A DNA stretch of 59,656 bases from Candidatus Palauibacter denitrificans (GCA_009841015.1 VXMQ01000089.1:1-59656), one strand, 5' to 3'; positions 30,059-40,172 are shown, counted from the stretch's first letter. A program made the numbers and translations. The notes: generated from the sequence alone by a model not told the origin.

Positions 30059-31435
30059 ATGAACGAACTCGACGCCGCCATCGCGGAATGGCACCGGGTT
30101 CGCGGGGACATCGCGCCCGAGGACGACGAACGTCTGTGGCAGAAGCTCCGCCTCGAGTGGAACTACAACAGCAACCACATCGAGGGGAACACGCTCACGT
30201 ACGATGAGACCGTCCTCCTGCTGCTTCACGATCAGGTCGCCGGGTCCCACCCGATGCGCGACTACGAGGAGATGAAGGCGCACAACGTCGCGATCGAACT
30301 CGTCCGCCAGCTTTCGACCGCCGAGCAGCCGCTGACCGAGGCAGACATCCGGGAACTGAACCGGAAACTCCTGAAGGAGCCCTTCTGGAAGACGGCGGAA
30401 ACGCCCGATGGCGGGACGACGCGCAAGTGGATCGAGCCCGGGAAGTACAAGACGCAGCCGAACCACGTGAGGACGCGCACGGGGGAACTCCACCGGTTCG
30501 CGGAACCCGAGGAGACGCCCTCACGGATGGAGGAATGGGTACGCCGGTTGCGGAACGATCTGGACCGGACGGATTACCCGCTCCCCGAGTTCCTGGCCGA
30601 ATCACACTGGTCGTTCGCGAACATCCATCCCTTCGACGATGGAAACGGACGCACGGCACGACTGATCACCAACTACATCCTGCTCCGCAAAGACCTCCTC
30701 CCCATCGTGATCAAGAGCGCCGACCGCGACCGCTACCTCGCTGCCCTGCGGCAGGCGGATGCGGGAAACGGCCAGCCGCTCGCCGACTTCATGCGGGCTC
30801 AGCTGCTATGGTCGCTCGACCTCGGCGTCCGCGCCGCCCGCGCCGAGCCGATCGCCGACCCCGAGGACCTCGACAAGGAGATCTCCCTCTTCGTGGAGGG
30901 CCGAAGGCCTCGCGAGACGATCAAGTTCGACGCCGAAACCGTTGACGCTATCTACGACTTGGACGTTCGCCCCACCGTGGAGGCCCTCGACCAACGTATG
31001 GAGAAGTTCGTGCCGCTTTTCCGCGACTGCACGGGAACTTCCTTCATCGTCGCGGGCTCGTGCAGGATGGAAGGCCGTGCCGTCCTGCAAGCTCCGGACT
31101 GGGATCGGTTCCGCGCCGACCCGGTATTTGACACGGACGGGTTTGCTCTCGGCCTGCCCGACATAACCCTCATGCGCAGGTATAATCTGGGGGACTATTG
31201 CGGTCCGTCCGATCAGGGATTCTCTCTGCTACTTGAGGTCAAATGGTTGCTGGGGACGAGCGGGCGACGGTTCACGGCGACCATCAATGGGAAGGTTGTC
31301 GAGGGTGCGTCCCAGGGACTCCCGCTCGCGCGGCTCGAAACGGAATCGACGAACGTAGAGGAGAGAGTCGAGACGATCTGCCGGGCCGTCATGGGCGAGA
31401 TCCGGCTTCAGTCGCAGCAGCCGGATCCGGCTTAG
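30059..31435 (+). CDS. Fic family protein with C-terminal extension
   Basis: YNSNHIEGNTL and HPFDDGNGRTAR motifs. Confidence 0.92.
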   Translation: MNELDAAIAEWHRVRGDIAPEDDERLWQKLRLEWNYNSNHIEGNTLTYDETVLLLLHDQVAGSHPMRDYEEMKAHNVAIELVRQLSTAEQPLTEADIRELNRKLLKEPFWKTAETPDGGTTRKWIEPGKYKTQPNHVRTRTGELHRFAEPEETPSRMEEWVRRLRNDLDRTDYPLPEFLAESHWSFANIHPFDDGNGRTARLITNYILLRKDLLPIVIKSADRDRYLAALRQADAGNGQPLADFMRAQLLWSLDLGVRAARAEPIADPEDLDKEISLFVEGRRPRETIKFDAETVDAIYDLDVRPTVEALDQRMEKFVPLFRDCTGTSFIVAGSCRMEGRAVLQAPDWDRFRADPVFDTDGFALGLPDITLMRRYNLGDYCGPSDQGFSLLLEVKWLLGTSGRRFTATINGKVVEGASQGLPLARLETESTNVEERVETICRAVMGEIRLQSQQPDPA

Positions 31436-31453
31436 CGAGGAAACAGGAGACAC

Positions 31454-32773
31454 GTGTTCAGTGACAGGGTGCGTTGCGTCGTTGTGGTGGGGGCGCAGTG
31501 GGGAGATGAGGGGAAGGGGAAGATCGTGGACGTGCTCGCGGAGCAGGCCACGATCGTGGCGCGCTACCAGGGGGGCGCGAACGCGGGGCACACGGTGCGC
31601 GTGGGCGAGGGCGCGAACGAGGAGGAGTTCATCCTCCACCTCATCCCCTCCGGAATCCTGAATCGAGAGACGCGCTGCCTGCTCGGAAACGGCGTGGTCG
31701 TGGATCCGTGGGTGCTGGCGCGGGAGATGGACACGCTCCGGTCGCGCGGTATCGACCTCGACGGGCGCCTGGGGCTGAGCCGGCGCGCGCATCTCGTCCT
31801 CCCCTATCACCGGCTGCTCGATGCGGCGCAGGAAGACAGCCGGGGCTCGAAGAAGATCGGGACGACGGGGCGGGGGATCGGCCCGGCGTACCGCGACAAG
31901 ATCTCGCGCACCGGGCTCCGCGTCGGCGATCTGCGCGACCTCGACCGCACCCGCGAGATCGTGGCCGCGGCGGCGCTGCACGCGAACGTCACGCTGGCGG
32001 GACTCGGCGACGAGCGGCGCGTGGACGCGGACGAGGTGATGTCGGAACTGGAGACGGTCCGCCCGGCCATGGTGGAGCTGTTGACGGACGCGGGGGACGA
32101 GATCCGCGGCGGGCTGGCCTCGGGGGGACGCGTCCTCCTCGAAGGGGCGCAGGGGGCGCTCCTCGACATCGACCACGGGACGTATCCGTTCGTCACCTCC
32201 TCGACGACGACGGCGGGAGGCGCCGCCTCGGGGGTCGGGATCGGGCCCACCCTGATCGATGAGGTGATCGGCGTGGTGAAGGCCTACATCACACGGGTGG
32301 GCGAGGGCCCGCTGCCGACGGAACTCCCGGAGGCCGAGGCCGAACGCCTGCGGCAGCTCGGCGGCGAGTTCGGCGCGACTACCGGCCGCCCCCGCCGCCC
32401 CGGCTGGTTCGATGGCAGCGTCGCCCGCTATGCGGCCGGCGTGAACGGCCTCACCGGCCTCGCGGTCACGAAGCTGGACGTGCTCGACACCTTCGAGACG
32501 ATCCGGCTCTCGACCGGCTACGAACTCGACGGGGCGCCGACCGCGTCCTTCCCGGACTCCGTCGCGGACCTCGCGCGCGTGCATCCGGTCTACGAACGCT
32601 GGGCGGGCTGGAACGCGGACACGACCGGGTGCCGGGCCTTCGGCGACCTGCCGATTTCCGCGCGCCGCTACGTCGCGAGGATCGAGGAAGTCTGCGCCGC
32701 CCCCATCCGCTTCGTGGGCGTCGGCGCGGCCCGGCGCGAGACGATCGCGCTGTCCACGGGAGCCGCCGCCTGA
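31454..32773 (+). CDS. purA: Adenylosuccinate synthase
   Basis: GAQWGDEGKGK, GGANAGHT, GTTGRGIGPAY, EGAQG, GATTGRPRR, TKLDVL. Confidence 0.98.
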   Translation: MFSDRVRCVVVVGAQWGDEGKGKIVDVLAEQATIVARYQGGANAGHTVRVGEGANEEEFILHLIPSGILNRETRCLLGNGVVVDPWVLAREMDTLRSRGIDLDGRLGLSRRAHLVLPYHRLLDAAQEDSRGSKKIGTTGRGIGPAYRDKISRTGLRVGDLRDLDRTREIVAAAALHANVTLAGLGDERRVDADEVMSELETVRPAMVELLTDAGDEIRGGLASGGRVLLEGAQGALLDIDHGTYPFVTSSTTTAGGAASGVGIGPTLIDEVIGVVKAYITRVGEGPLPTELPEAEAERLRQLGGEFGATTGRPRRPGWFDGSVARYAAGVNGLTGLAVTKLDVLDTFETIRLSTGYELDGAPTASFPDSVADLARVHPVYERWAGWNADTTGCRAFGDLPISARRYVARIEEVCAAPIRFVGVGAARRETIALSTGAAA

Positions 32774-32791
32774 TTTCGTTGCCCGAATTCG

Positions 32792-32820
32792 TTGCCTGAA
32801 ATCGAGAAAACCCCTAAACT
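32792..32820 (+). promoter_or_regulatory. Sigma-70 type promoter for ffh
   Basis: TTGCCT-N17-TAAACT. Confidence 0.6.
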
Positions 32821-32918
32821 GCGCGGCTCAATACGGATCGGGTGCGGGCGGTTCGGCGCCTTCTCGAGACGCGAATGGAAACCTTCCAATCGCGTTTTTT
32901 TGATGCCTGGAACGGTAG

Positions 32919-34277
32919 ATGTTCGAACGCCTGGGTGACCGGCTGGACGGTGCGCTGAAGAAGCTGCGTCAGCGCGGCGTCATCACGGAAAAGATGCTGG
33001 ACGAGGGGCTGCGCGAGGTACGGCGCGCCCTGCTCGAGGCGGACGTCAACTTCCGGGTCGTGCGCGACTTCCTCGCGAAGGTGAAGGAGCGCGCGCTCGG
33101 CGAGGATGTGTTGAAGTCGGTTCGGCCGGGCGATCAGGTCGTGAAGATCGTCCACGACGAACTCGTCGCCCTGCTGGGCGAGGCGGCGCCGGCGGAGTCG
33201 GAGGCGTCGGTTCCGCCCACGGTGGTCATGCTCGTCGGCCTGCAGGGGTCGGGGAAGACGACGACGGCGGCGAAGCTGGGGCGGCGCCTGGCGAAGGAGG
33301 GGCGGCGGCCGGCGCTCGTGGCGTGCGATCCGTACCGCCCGGCGGCGCCGGAGCAGTTGGAGGCGCTGGCGGCGCGGATCGGCGTCCCGCTCCTGGCGCG
33401 GCCGAGCGGCGAGGACATGTCGGAACTCGCTCGCGGCGCGCTGGACGAGGCGAGGCGGAGCGGGGTCACGCACCTGCTCCTCGACATGGCCGGCCGGCTG
33501 CAGGCGGACGAGGAGTTGCTGGACGAACTCCGCCGCGTGAAGGCGACCGTGGAACCGCAGCAGGTCCTGCTCGTGGCGGACGGGATGACCGGGCAGGAAG
33601 CGGTGCGGATCGCCGAGGGATTCCACGGCGCGGTGGGACTGACGGGGATCGTCCTCACGAAGATGGATGGGGACGCGCGCGGGGGCGCGGCGCTCTCGAT
33701 CTACAGCGTGCTCGGCGTGCCGATCCGATTTGTCGGAACGGGCGAACGGCCCGAGGACCTCACGGTCTTCGATCCGGAGCGCATGGCCGGCCGGATCCTC
33801 CAGATGGGGGACATCGTCGGCCTCGTGGAGCGCGCGCAGCAGACGGTCGACCTCGGCGAGACCGAGCGGTTGCAGAAGAAGATGCTTGCGGGGAAGGGGG
33901 AGTTCGATCTGGCGGACTTCCTGACTTCCATACAGCAGATCCAGAAGATGGGACCCCTGAAGGGGTTGCTGAAGATGATGCCGGGTATCGACGCGCGCAT
34001 GCTGGACCAGGCGGACGTCGACCCCAGGCGGGTGAGGCACCTGGAGGCGATCATCCTCTCGATGACGCCGGAGGAGCGGCGGCGGCCGGAGATCCTCAAC
34101 GGGTCGCGGCGGGCGCGGATCGCGAAGGGATCGGGGCGGCCGGTGCACGAGGTGAACCGGCTCCTCAAGCAGTTCCGTGAAATGCGGAAGATGATGAAAC
34201 AGATGGGCAAGCTCATGCCCGGGATGATGCCGGGAGGTCCCGGCGACCTTGGCCAGCTCGGCAAGGGACTGGGCTAG
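32919..34277 (+). CDS. ffh: Signal recognition particle protein
   Basis: ALLEADV, GLQGSGKTT, DMAGR, TKMDGDARGG, Met-rich M domain. Confidence 0.98.
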   Translation: MFERLGDRLDGALKKLRQRGVITEKMLDEGLREVRRALLEADVNFRVVRDFLAKVKERALGEDVLKSVRPGDQVVKIVHDELVALLGEAAPAESEASVPPTVVMLVGLQGSGKTTTAAKLGRRLAKEGRRPALVACDPYRPAAPEQLEALAARIGVPLLARPSGEDMSELARGALDEARRSGVTHLLLDMAGRLQADEELLDELRRVKATVEPQQVLLVADGMTGQEAVRIAEGFHGAVGLTGIVLTKMDGDARGGAALSIYSVLGVPIRFVGTGERPEDLTVFDPERMAGRILQMGDIVGLVERAQQTVDLGETERLQKKMLAGKGEFDLADFLTSIQQIQKMGPLKGLLKMMPGIDARMLDQADVDPRRVRHLEAIILSMTPEERRRPEILNGSRRARIAKGSGRPVHEVNRLLKQFREMRKMMKQMGKLMPGMMPGGPGDLGQLGKGLG

Positions 34278-34291
34278 AATCGGAGAACTGA

Positions 34292-34882
34292 ATGGCGACG
34301 ACAATCAGGCTCAAGCGGCGTGGGGCGAAGAAGGCGGCCTCGTTCCGCATCATCGTGACGGATTCGCGGGAGGGGACGGCGGGCGCGTCGATCGAGCGGC
34401 TCGGCCTCTACAACCCCCGCACGCAGCCGTCACTCGTGCGGATCAACGCCGCGCGCACGCTGCACTGGCTCAACGAGGGCGCGCAGCCGACGGACACCGT
34501 GCGCTCGCTCCTGCGGAAGACGGGCGTCTGGAAGCAGTTCCACGACGGCGTGGATCCGGGGTCGCTCGAGACGGCGATCATCGAGATCGGTCCGCCGCCG
34601 GGGCAGCGCGGCACCTCGCAGCGTCCGAAGCCGAGCGCCGAGGCCCCGCCGGAGCCCGAGCCGGAGCAGCCCGCCGCCGAGAAGGCCGCCCCGGCCGAGC
34701 CGGCGCCGGAAGCCGAAGCGGCGCCTGAGGCGGAGGCTGCCCCCGAAGCGGAGGCGGCGCCCGAAGCCGAGGCAGCGACCGAAGCGGAGGCAGCGACCGA
34801 GACCGAGGCGGCCGCTCCGGGCGACGACGCTCCGGCTGACGCGGCCGGCGCCGACGACGCGGCGAAAGCCGACGCCGACTAG
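34292..34882 (+). CDS. rpsP: 30S ribosomal protein S16 with long acidic C-terminal tail
   Basis: IRLKRRG, IERLGLYNP, GAQPTDTV; position in the ffh-rpsP-rimM-trmD-rplS cluster. Confidence 0.95.
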   Translation: MATTIRLKRRGAKKAASFRIIVTDSREGTAGASIERLGLYNPRTQPSLVRINAARTLHWLNEGAQPTDTVRSLLRKTGVWKQFHDGVDPGSLETAIIEIGPPPGQRGTSQRPKPSAEAPPEPEPEQPAAEKAAPAEPAPEAEAAPEAEAAPEAEAAPEAEAATEAEAATETEAAAPGDDAPADAAGADDAAKADAD

Positions 34883-34895
34883 CCTCGCGTCCACC

Positions 34896-35465
34896 ATGTC
34901 CGACGCGCCCGTGATCGTGGCCCGCATCGCCCGGCCGCACGGGATCCGCGGCGGGCTGCTCCTGGAAGCCGAGACCGACCACGCCGCGGCGCTCTTCCAG
35001 GCGGGTCGCCGGCTCCATCTCATCGACGCGCGCGCGGCCATGGGCGGCCGCACGGCCACGGGCGGGCACGCCGACACGGGCGGCGCGCCCCCGCCCCGCG
35101 CGCTCACGCTGGAGACGGCGCGGCTCCACGGCGGGCGGTGGCTCGTCGAGGTCCGCGAGGTGGCGGACCGCACCGCGGCCGAGGAGCTCCGCGGCGCGCG
35201 CCTGGCCGTCCCCCGCGAAGAGCTTCCGGAGCTGCCGGACGGGGGCTACCTGCTGCACGATCTGATCGGCATGTCGGTCTGCGAGGAGGACACGACGATC
35301 GGAGTGATCCGGGAGGTGTACGATCAACCCGGCGCGCCGCTCCTCGCGCTCGACGTCGACGGCCGCGAGCGGCTCGTCCCGTTCGAGGCGGACCTCGTCG
35401 TGGAACTGGACTTCGAGGCCGGCGAGGTCCGCATGAAGCTCCCCGACGGCCTGCTCGACATCTGA
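34896..35465 (+). CDS. rimM: Ribosome maturation factor RimM
   Basis: ARIARPHGIRG, DRTAAEELRG, HDLIG, LVPF, LPDGLL; synteny. Confidence 0.9.
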   Translation: MSDAPVIVARIARPHGIRGGLLLEAETDHAAALFQAGRRLHLIDARAAMGGRTATGGHADTGGAPPPRALTLETARLHGGRWLVEVREVADRTAAEELRGARLAVPREELPELPDGGYLLHDLIGMSVCEEDTTIGVIREVYDQPGAPLLALDVDGRERLVPFEADLVVELDFEAGEVRMKLPDGLLDI

Positions 35466-35496
35466 CGCAGCTGACGCATCTGACGGGAACGGTCCC

Positions 35497-36177
35497 ATGC
35501 GAATCAACGTCCTCACGATCTTCCCCGACTACCTCGAAGGTCCGCTGGGCCTCTCGATCCCGGGCCGCGCCCGCGAGGCGGGACTCGTCGACTATCGGCT
35601 CATCGACGTGCGCGCGTACGCCACGGACCGCCACCGGACGACGGATGACGAGCCGTTCGGAGGCGGGGGCGGGATGGTGATGAAGCCCGAGCCCTTCGAC
35701 GCCGCGCTCACCGCGCTGGACCGCCCGGGACGCGTGATCTCGCTCTCCCCGCGCGGACGGCCGTTCGACCACGAGACGGCGGTGCGCTTCGCGCTCGAGC
35801 CCGATCTCACGCTGCTGTGCGGGCGCTATAAGGGGATCGACGAGCGGGTCGTCGACGCCTGGGTGGACGAGGAGGTCTCGATCGGCGACTACGTCCTCAG
35901 CGGGGGTGAGCCGGCCGCGCTCGTCGTCATCGACGCCGTGGTGCGCCTCCTCCCCGGGGCGCTCGGCGATCACGACTCGGCCTCCTCCGACTCCTTCTAC
36001 GAGGGACGCCTCTCCGCGCCCTCCTACACGCGGCCCGCCGAGCACGGCGGCCGACCGGCGCCGGACGTGCTCCGGTCGGGCGATCACCCCCGCATCGAAC
36101 GCTGGCGCGCCGCGCGGGCCGAAGCGGCGACGCGACACCGCCGACCCGACCTCCTCGATCTCGACGCGGCCGACTGA
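35497..36177 (+). CDS. trmD: tRNA (guanine37-N1)-methyltransferase
   Basis: [42 protein letters not shown]. Confidence 0.97.
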   Translation: MRINVLTIFPDYLEGPLGLSIPGRAREAGLVDYRLIDVRAYATDRHRTTDDEPFGGGGGMVMKPEPFDAALTALDRPGRVISLSPRGRPFDHETAVRFALEPDLTLLCGRYKGIDERVVDAWVDEEVSIGDYVLSGGEPAALVVIDAVVRLLPGALGDHDSASSDSFYEGRLSAPSYTRPAEHGGRPAPDVLRSGDHPRIERWRAARAEAATRHRRPDLLDLDAAD

Positions 36178-36185
36178 CCGGTTTT

Positions 36186-36215
36186 TTGGCGCAAGCCGAG
36201 CGACAATGGTATACT
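36186..36215 (+). promoter_or_regulatory. Extended -10 promoter for rplS
   Basis: TTGGCG-N18-TATACT with TGn before the -10. Confidence 0.5.
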
Positions 36216-36326
36216 AGAAGGCTGCGGGTCGTACCCATCGTCACATTGCCGCTACCCTCCCGTGACGCAAACGGATACGCCGCCGGAAACGCACCTGGAG
36301 ACGCAGGGAACAAGGATAGACGAACG

Positions 36327-36698
36327 ATGGATCCCAGAATCGCCGGTATCGAGGAGGGATATAAGCGCACGGACCTTCCGGCCTTCGCGCCGGGGGACAC
36401 GGTGCGCGTTCGCGTACGCGTGAAGGAAGGGCAGAAGGAGCGCGTGCAGCCGTTCGAGGGCGTCTGCATCGGCCGCCGCGGAGCGGGGGTCAACGCGACC
36501 TTCACGCTCCGGCGGATCTCCGGCGGCGTCGGCGTCGAGCGGATCTTCCCCCTCCACTCCCCGTGGATCGTGGGGCTCGAAGTCGTGCGGCGCGGCGATG
36601 TCCGGCGGGCCAAGCTCTACTACCTGCGCAACCGCCGCGGCAAGCGGGCCCGGGTGCCAGAGCGAAAGTGGTGGCTCGACAAGAAGCAGGACGGCTGA
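36327..36698 (+). CDS. rplS: 50S ribosomal protein L19
   Basis: [34 protein letters not shown]. Confidence 0.98.
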   Translation: MDPRIAGIEEGYKRTDLPAFAPGDTVRVRVRVKEGQKERVQPFEGVCIGRRGAGVNATFTLRRISGGVGVERIFPLHSPWIVGLEVVRRGDVRRAKLYYLRNRRGKRARVPERKWWLDKKQDG

Positions 36699-37411
36699 CG
36701 CCGGCGACGCCGACTCCGGAGGCGGCTCCGGAAGCGCCGGTCACGGCCCCGCTCGACTACGAGGAGGAGGGCTGGGCTTCCGGCCTCGGCGTCGTGGTCG
36801 GGATCGACGAGGCCGGGATGGGTCCGGTGGCGGGTCCCGTGATGGTTGGCGCCGTGGCGCTTCACCCGGGACAGCAGTTCGAGGGGTGCACGGACAGCAA
36901 GCAGGTCTCCCCGTCCCGTCGCGAGGCACTGGCCCGACGCATCCGCGCGGAGAGTCTCGCCTGGCGGGTCGCCGCCGCCTCCACCCGTGAGATCGAACGC
37001 CTCAACGTCCGCGCCGCGACCATCGTGGCCATGCGCCGCGCGCTCGACCGTCTCGCGCTTCCCGCGGAACTCGTCCTCGTGGACGGCAACCCGGTCCCGG
37101 AACTCGGCGAGCATCGTTCGATCGTCGGGGGAGACCGGGCCTCGCACTCCATCGCCTGCGCCTCGATCCTCGCCAAGGTGACGCGCGACCGCCTGATGCG
37201 GCGTCTCGACGCGCGATACCCGCTCTACGGCTGGGCGTCCAACAAGGGATACCGGACGCGCGAGCACATGGAGGCGATCCGGCGGCACGGCCCGACGCCG
37301 CACCACCGGATCACCTTCCAGGGCGTCCTGCAGACCGAACTGGACTTCAGTCCGGCTCCGGACCCGACGTCCGGTCCGCGGCGCGATCCGCCGCAAGATC
37401 CAGGGGCATGA
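36695..37411 (+). CDS. rnhB: Ribonuclease HII (start uncertain)
   Basis: [31 protein letters not shown]; follows rplS. Confidence 0.92.
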   Translation: MTPATPTPEAAPEAPVTAPLDYEEEGWASGLGVVVGIDEAGMGPVAGPVMVGAVALHPGQQFEGCTDSKQVSPSRREALARRIRAESLAWRVAAASTREIERLNVRAATIVAMRRALDRLALPAELVLVDGNPVPELGEHRSIVGGDRASHSIACASILAKVTRDRLMRRLDARYPLYGWASNKGYRTREHMEAIRRHGPTPHHRITFQGVLQTELDFSPAPDPTSGPRRDPPQDPGA

Positions 37412-38525
37412 GAACCGGCGGCGTGCCCGGACTCGCGTCGCCGCCGTACCAGGTGGCCATGACCGTCTCGGCCGGTTTCCCCTGCGGCGAGTAGTCGGTC
37501 GCGATCCACTCTCCGGCCGGAGAGCCCGCGTACCACTTCCACGCGAAGCCGCCCGCGAACCAGGGACGGTCCCACCATACGCGGAAGAGCGCCTCGTAGG
37601 CCCCGGACTGCGCCTCGTAGTTCGCCGGCACGCCCCGCGCGCGGCGTCCCTCCGGCAACTCCCACTGGCGCCCCGCCGCTCCGTCGACGCTGCGGTACCC
37701 GTATTCGGCGAATAGGATCGGCTTCCCCGTGGCGACGGCGACCTCCCGCAACTCCTCGCTCCACGGCTCCCACGCCTCGACCAGCGTCTCCACGTCCGGC
37801 GTGGCGTCGTCGGCGAGCGGGAAGTAGGCGTCCACGCCGACCAGGTCGAGCGCGTCCCAGAACTCGATCCGCGCGTACTTGTCCCAGTTCGCCGCGTAGG
37901 TGAGGCGGCCGCCGTAGATGGCCCGCACCTCCTCGATGAGCGACCGCCAGTAGTCCGGCCGCGCGAGCGCCACGAGATCGACCTCGGTGCCCACGCTGAA
38001 CATCTCCACGTCCATTGAGTCGGCGACGTGCGCGAACCGGAGGATGTACTCCCGGTATCCCGAGAGGAACATCTCCCAGTCCTCCTCCGTGTCGGGCTCG
38101 AACTCGCCCGGCCAGCCCTGTCCGCGCACCCAGAGGTGCGGCTTGAGGAGGACGGAGAGCCGGCTCTCGCGGGCGTATTCGATGGTCTTCGCGACCCCCT
38201 CGGTCCGTTCGCCCCAGAACTGGCGTTCGCGGTCGAAGGCGACGCGCGGCCGGGCGGGGTCCACGAAGGCGTAGGGGACGACGGCGACCCAGTTCGCCCC
38301 CGCGAGCGATGCGCGGACGAGCGCGTCCGGCGCCATCTCGCGTCGCGGGGCGGAGAACGAGACGCCGCGCATCTTCTGTTCCGGCCCGATGTTCGCCATT
38401 GCGGCGGCGGGCCGGCCGGACACAGCCGGATCGCTCCCCGTGCCGGCTGCGCCGCAACCGGCGAGGACGGGCAATGCGGCCAGCGCCGCGAACAGCACGC
38501 GGGCGGCCAATCTCTTCGTTTTCAT
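37347..38525 (-). CDS. Glycoside hydrolase family 113-like lipoprotein
   Basis: Lipobox LAGC; LKPHLW, GTE, TYAANWD, GVDAYFPL, EYGY motifs. Confidence 0.8.
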   Translation of the reverse strand: MKTKRLAARVLFAALAALPVLAGCGAAGTGSDPAVSGRPAAAMANIGPEQKMRGVSFSAPRREMAPDALVRASLAGANWVAVVPYAFVDPARPRVAFDRERQFWGERTEGVAKTIEYARESRLSVLLKPHLWVRGQGWPGEFEPDTEEDWEMFLSGYREYILRFAHVADSMDVEMFSVGTEVDLVALARPDYWRSLIEEVRAIYGGRLTYAANWDKYARIEFWDALDLVGVDAYFPLADDATPDVETLVEAWEPWSEELREVAVATGKPILFAEYGYRSVDGAAGRQWELPEGRRARGVPANYEAQSGAYEALFRVWWDRPWFAGGFAWKWYAGSPAGEWIATDYSPQGKPAETVMATWYGGDASPGTPPVLMPLDLAADRAADRTSGPEPD

Positions 38526-38567
38526 CTATACCATCGTGCCTTTCGGCAATCTGAATCTCAACACGTC

Positions 38568-38697
38568 CGCGACGCTTGCCATGCGAGCCGCGACCCTGCT
38601 CTCTACGAGTCGCGACCTCGTGTCGGGTTCACGCCCCGCCCGGCCGCGACGTCACACCGCCCGGCCGCGACGTCACGCCTGCCTGGCCGCGACGTCG
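38568..38697. repeat. Phased array of CGCGAC-core repeats
   Basis: CGCGAC starts at 38568, 38589, 38611, 38645, 38666, 38688; the last three share GGCCGCGACGTC. Confidence 0.75.
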
Positions 38698-38735
38698 CAC
38701 TTGAACGAATCCCGGGCGGCGGGTTTCTTGTGCCC

Positions 38736-39458
38736 ATGAGTACACTCGGAAACGAGGCCCCATTCGACGAGGCCCCATTCGACTTCGATGGCGCGTACGG
38801 CGGCGACTACGAGTACATCGCCCGCACCGTAATACCCGGCTACCGGAGCTCGTTCCGGCAGGCGCTCGCGCTCCTCGGAGGACGCGTGGATCCGAGTCCG
38901 CGGGTGCTCGTCGTCGGGGCCGGAACCGGCATCGAGCTGGTCACCTTCAAGGCGGCGCAGCCCGGCTGGCGGCTGACCGGCGTCGACCCGTCGCGCCAGA
39001 TGATCGAGATCGCCGAAAGCCGCGTGCGCGAGGCGGGAGTGGAAACCGGCGTCCGTCTCGTGCACGGACACGTCTCCGACCTCGATGAAGATGGCTTCGA
39101 CGCCGCGACCTGCTTCAACGTCATGCACTTCCTCCCGGACGACGGCGCGAAGCAGGCGCTCCTGCGCGACATCGCCCGCCGCCTCGCGCCCGGCGCCCCC
39201 TTCCTCCTGTTCGAACTCCACGGAGACCGGAACGGCCCCCGCTTCGACGAACTCTTCGCGGCGTGGAGCCGCTACTGGGAGATCCAGGGGATGGGAGAGG
39301 CGGAGCGCGCCGCGTTCAGGGCGAAGATCGACGAGGGCATCCACTGGGCTTCCGAGGCCCGGATCCTCGAACTGCTGGCCGGCGCCGGCTTCGAAGACGC
39401 CTGGCGCTACTACCGCGCCCTCCTCTACGGCGCCTGGCTCTCCCGCCGCGCCCGGTAG
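38736..39458 (+). CDS. Class I SAM-dependent methyltransferase (CmoA-like)
   Basis: IPGY, VLVVGAGTG, GVDPS, FDAATC..VMHF, LAPGA. Confidence 0.87.
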   Translation: MSTLGNEAPFDEAPFDFDGAYGGDYEYIARTVIPGYRSSFRQALALLGGRVDPSPRVLVVGAGTGIELVTFKAAQPGWRLTGVDPSRQMIEIAESRVREAGVETGVRLVHGHVSDLDEDGFDAATCFNVMHFLPDDGAKQALLRDIARRLAPGAPFLLFELHGDRNGPRFDELFAAWSRYWEIQGMGEAERAAFRAKIDEGIHWASEARILELLAGAGFEDAWRYYRALLYGAWLSRRAR

Positions 39459-39474
39459 CGTCGCCCCTGACCCC

Positions 39475-39492
39475 GACGTTCCCGCGGGAACG
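39475..39492. repeat. Palindrome copy
   Basis: GACGTTCCCGCGGGAACG between two convergent stop codons. Confidence 0.9.
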
Positions 39493-39496
39493 CGGT

Positions 39497-39895
39497 TCAG
39501 TCGTCGCGTTCGAGTTCGGGGAAGTAGCTCGAAAAAAAACCGCGGTCGCGCGTGAGAAAGCGATCACAGGTGGCCACGGCGTGGGCGCCGATCAGAAAGT
39601 CGGTGATGATGCGGTCCTGGGCGCCTCCGGATTGGCGATACCGCCCCCAACGGCGCCCCGCATCGTGGGCCATGCCCGCATCGATCGGCGATACGACGAC
39701 GTTGACCTCGCGCAGCGCCCGGTCCAGCGCCTCCCGATCCGGGAACGCGGGGGCCAACTCGGCGTACACGACGTGAGAGACGATGATCGCGCCGGCGTCA
39801 TATGCCTCCACCAGCCACTCGCGCGAGGTGCGGCCGTGCCGCCCGTCCGGAAGGAAGATGTCGAGCAGGACGTTCGTATCCACCGCCGTGATCAT
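39497..39895 (-). CDS. VapC/PIN toxin
   Basis: MITAVDTNVLLD, VYAEL, DFLIGAHA, FLTRD. Confidence 0.9.
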   Translation of the reverse strand: MITAVDTNVLLDIFLPDGRHGRTSREWLVEAYDAGAIIVSHVVYAELAPAFPDREALDRALREVNVVVSPIDAGMAHDAGRRWGRYRQSGGAQDRIITDFLIGAHAVATCDRFLTRDRGFFSSYFPELERDD

Positions 39896-40107
39896 CGGCC
39901 CCGAATCGCCTCGATGTAGTCGTCCGTGTTCCCGCCCGTCCCCAGGATGCCGTAGACCCGGTCCACCGGGTGCCCGGCGGCCGTTCGCTTTCGAATGAGA
40001 AGGCCCCCTTCCGTTGGAACGAGTTCGACTTCGACGTTGTGATTCATGCCGAAACGGTCTCTCAGCTTCTTGGGGATCGTGATCTGCCCCCGCTCCGATA
40101 TGCGCAT
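39892..40107 (-). CDS. AbrB/MazE/SpoVT antitoxin
   Basis: MRISERGQITIPKKLRDRFG; ATGA overlap with the toxin. Confidence 0.9.
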   Translation of the reverse strand: MRISERGQITIPKKLRDRFGMNHNVEVELVPTEGGLLIRKRTAAGHPVDRVYGILGTGGNTDDYIEAIRGR

Positions 40108-40129
40108 GTTCCGGGTCCGATGATTCGAG

Positions 40130-40172
40130 GTATGAATATTGACGACAGAAAATCATATTTTTACATCCATAC
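40130..40172 (-). promoter_or_regulatory. AT-rich promoter/operator of the TA operon
   Basis: Imperfect inverted repeat GTATGAAT...ATCCATAC around a TATGAT -10-like element on the minus strand. Confidence 0.45.

Noticed and set aside
38636-38700. Possible mini CRISPR array
   Set aside because: Period is only 21-22 bp, there are no unique spacers and no cas genes.
38752-38782. 15-bp duplication (EAPFD twice) at the methyltransferase N-terminus, and 9-bp repeats at the TonB receptor start
   Set aside because: Short in-frame slippage duplications in unconstrained termini, with no further structure.
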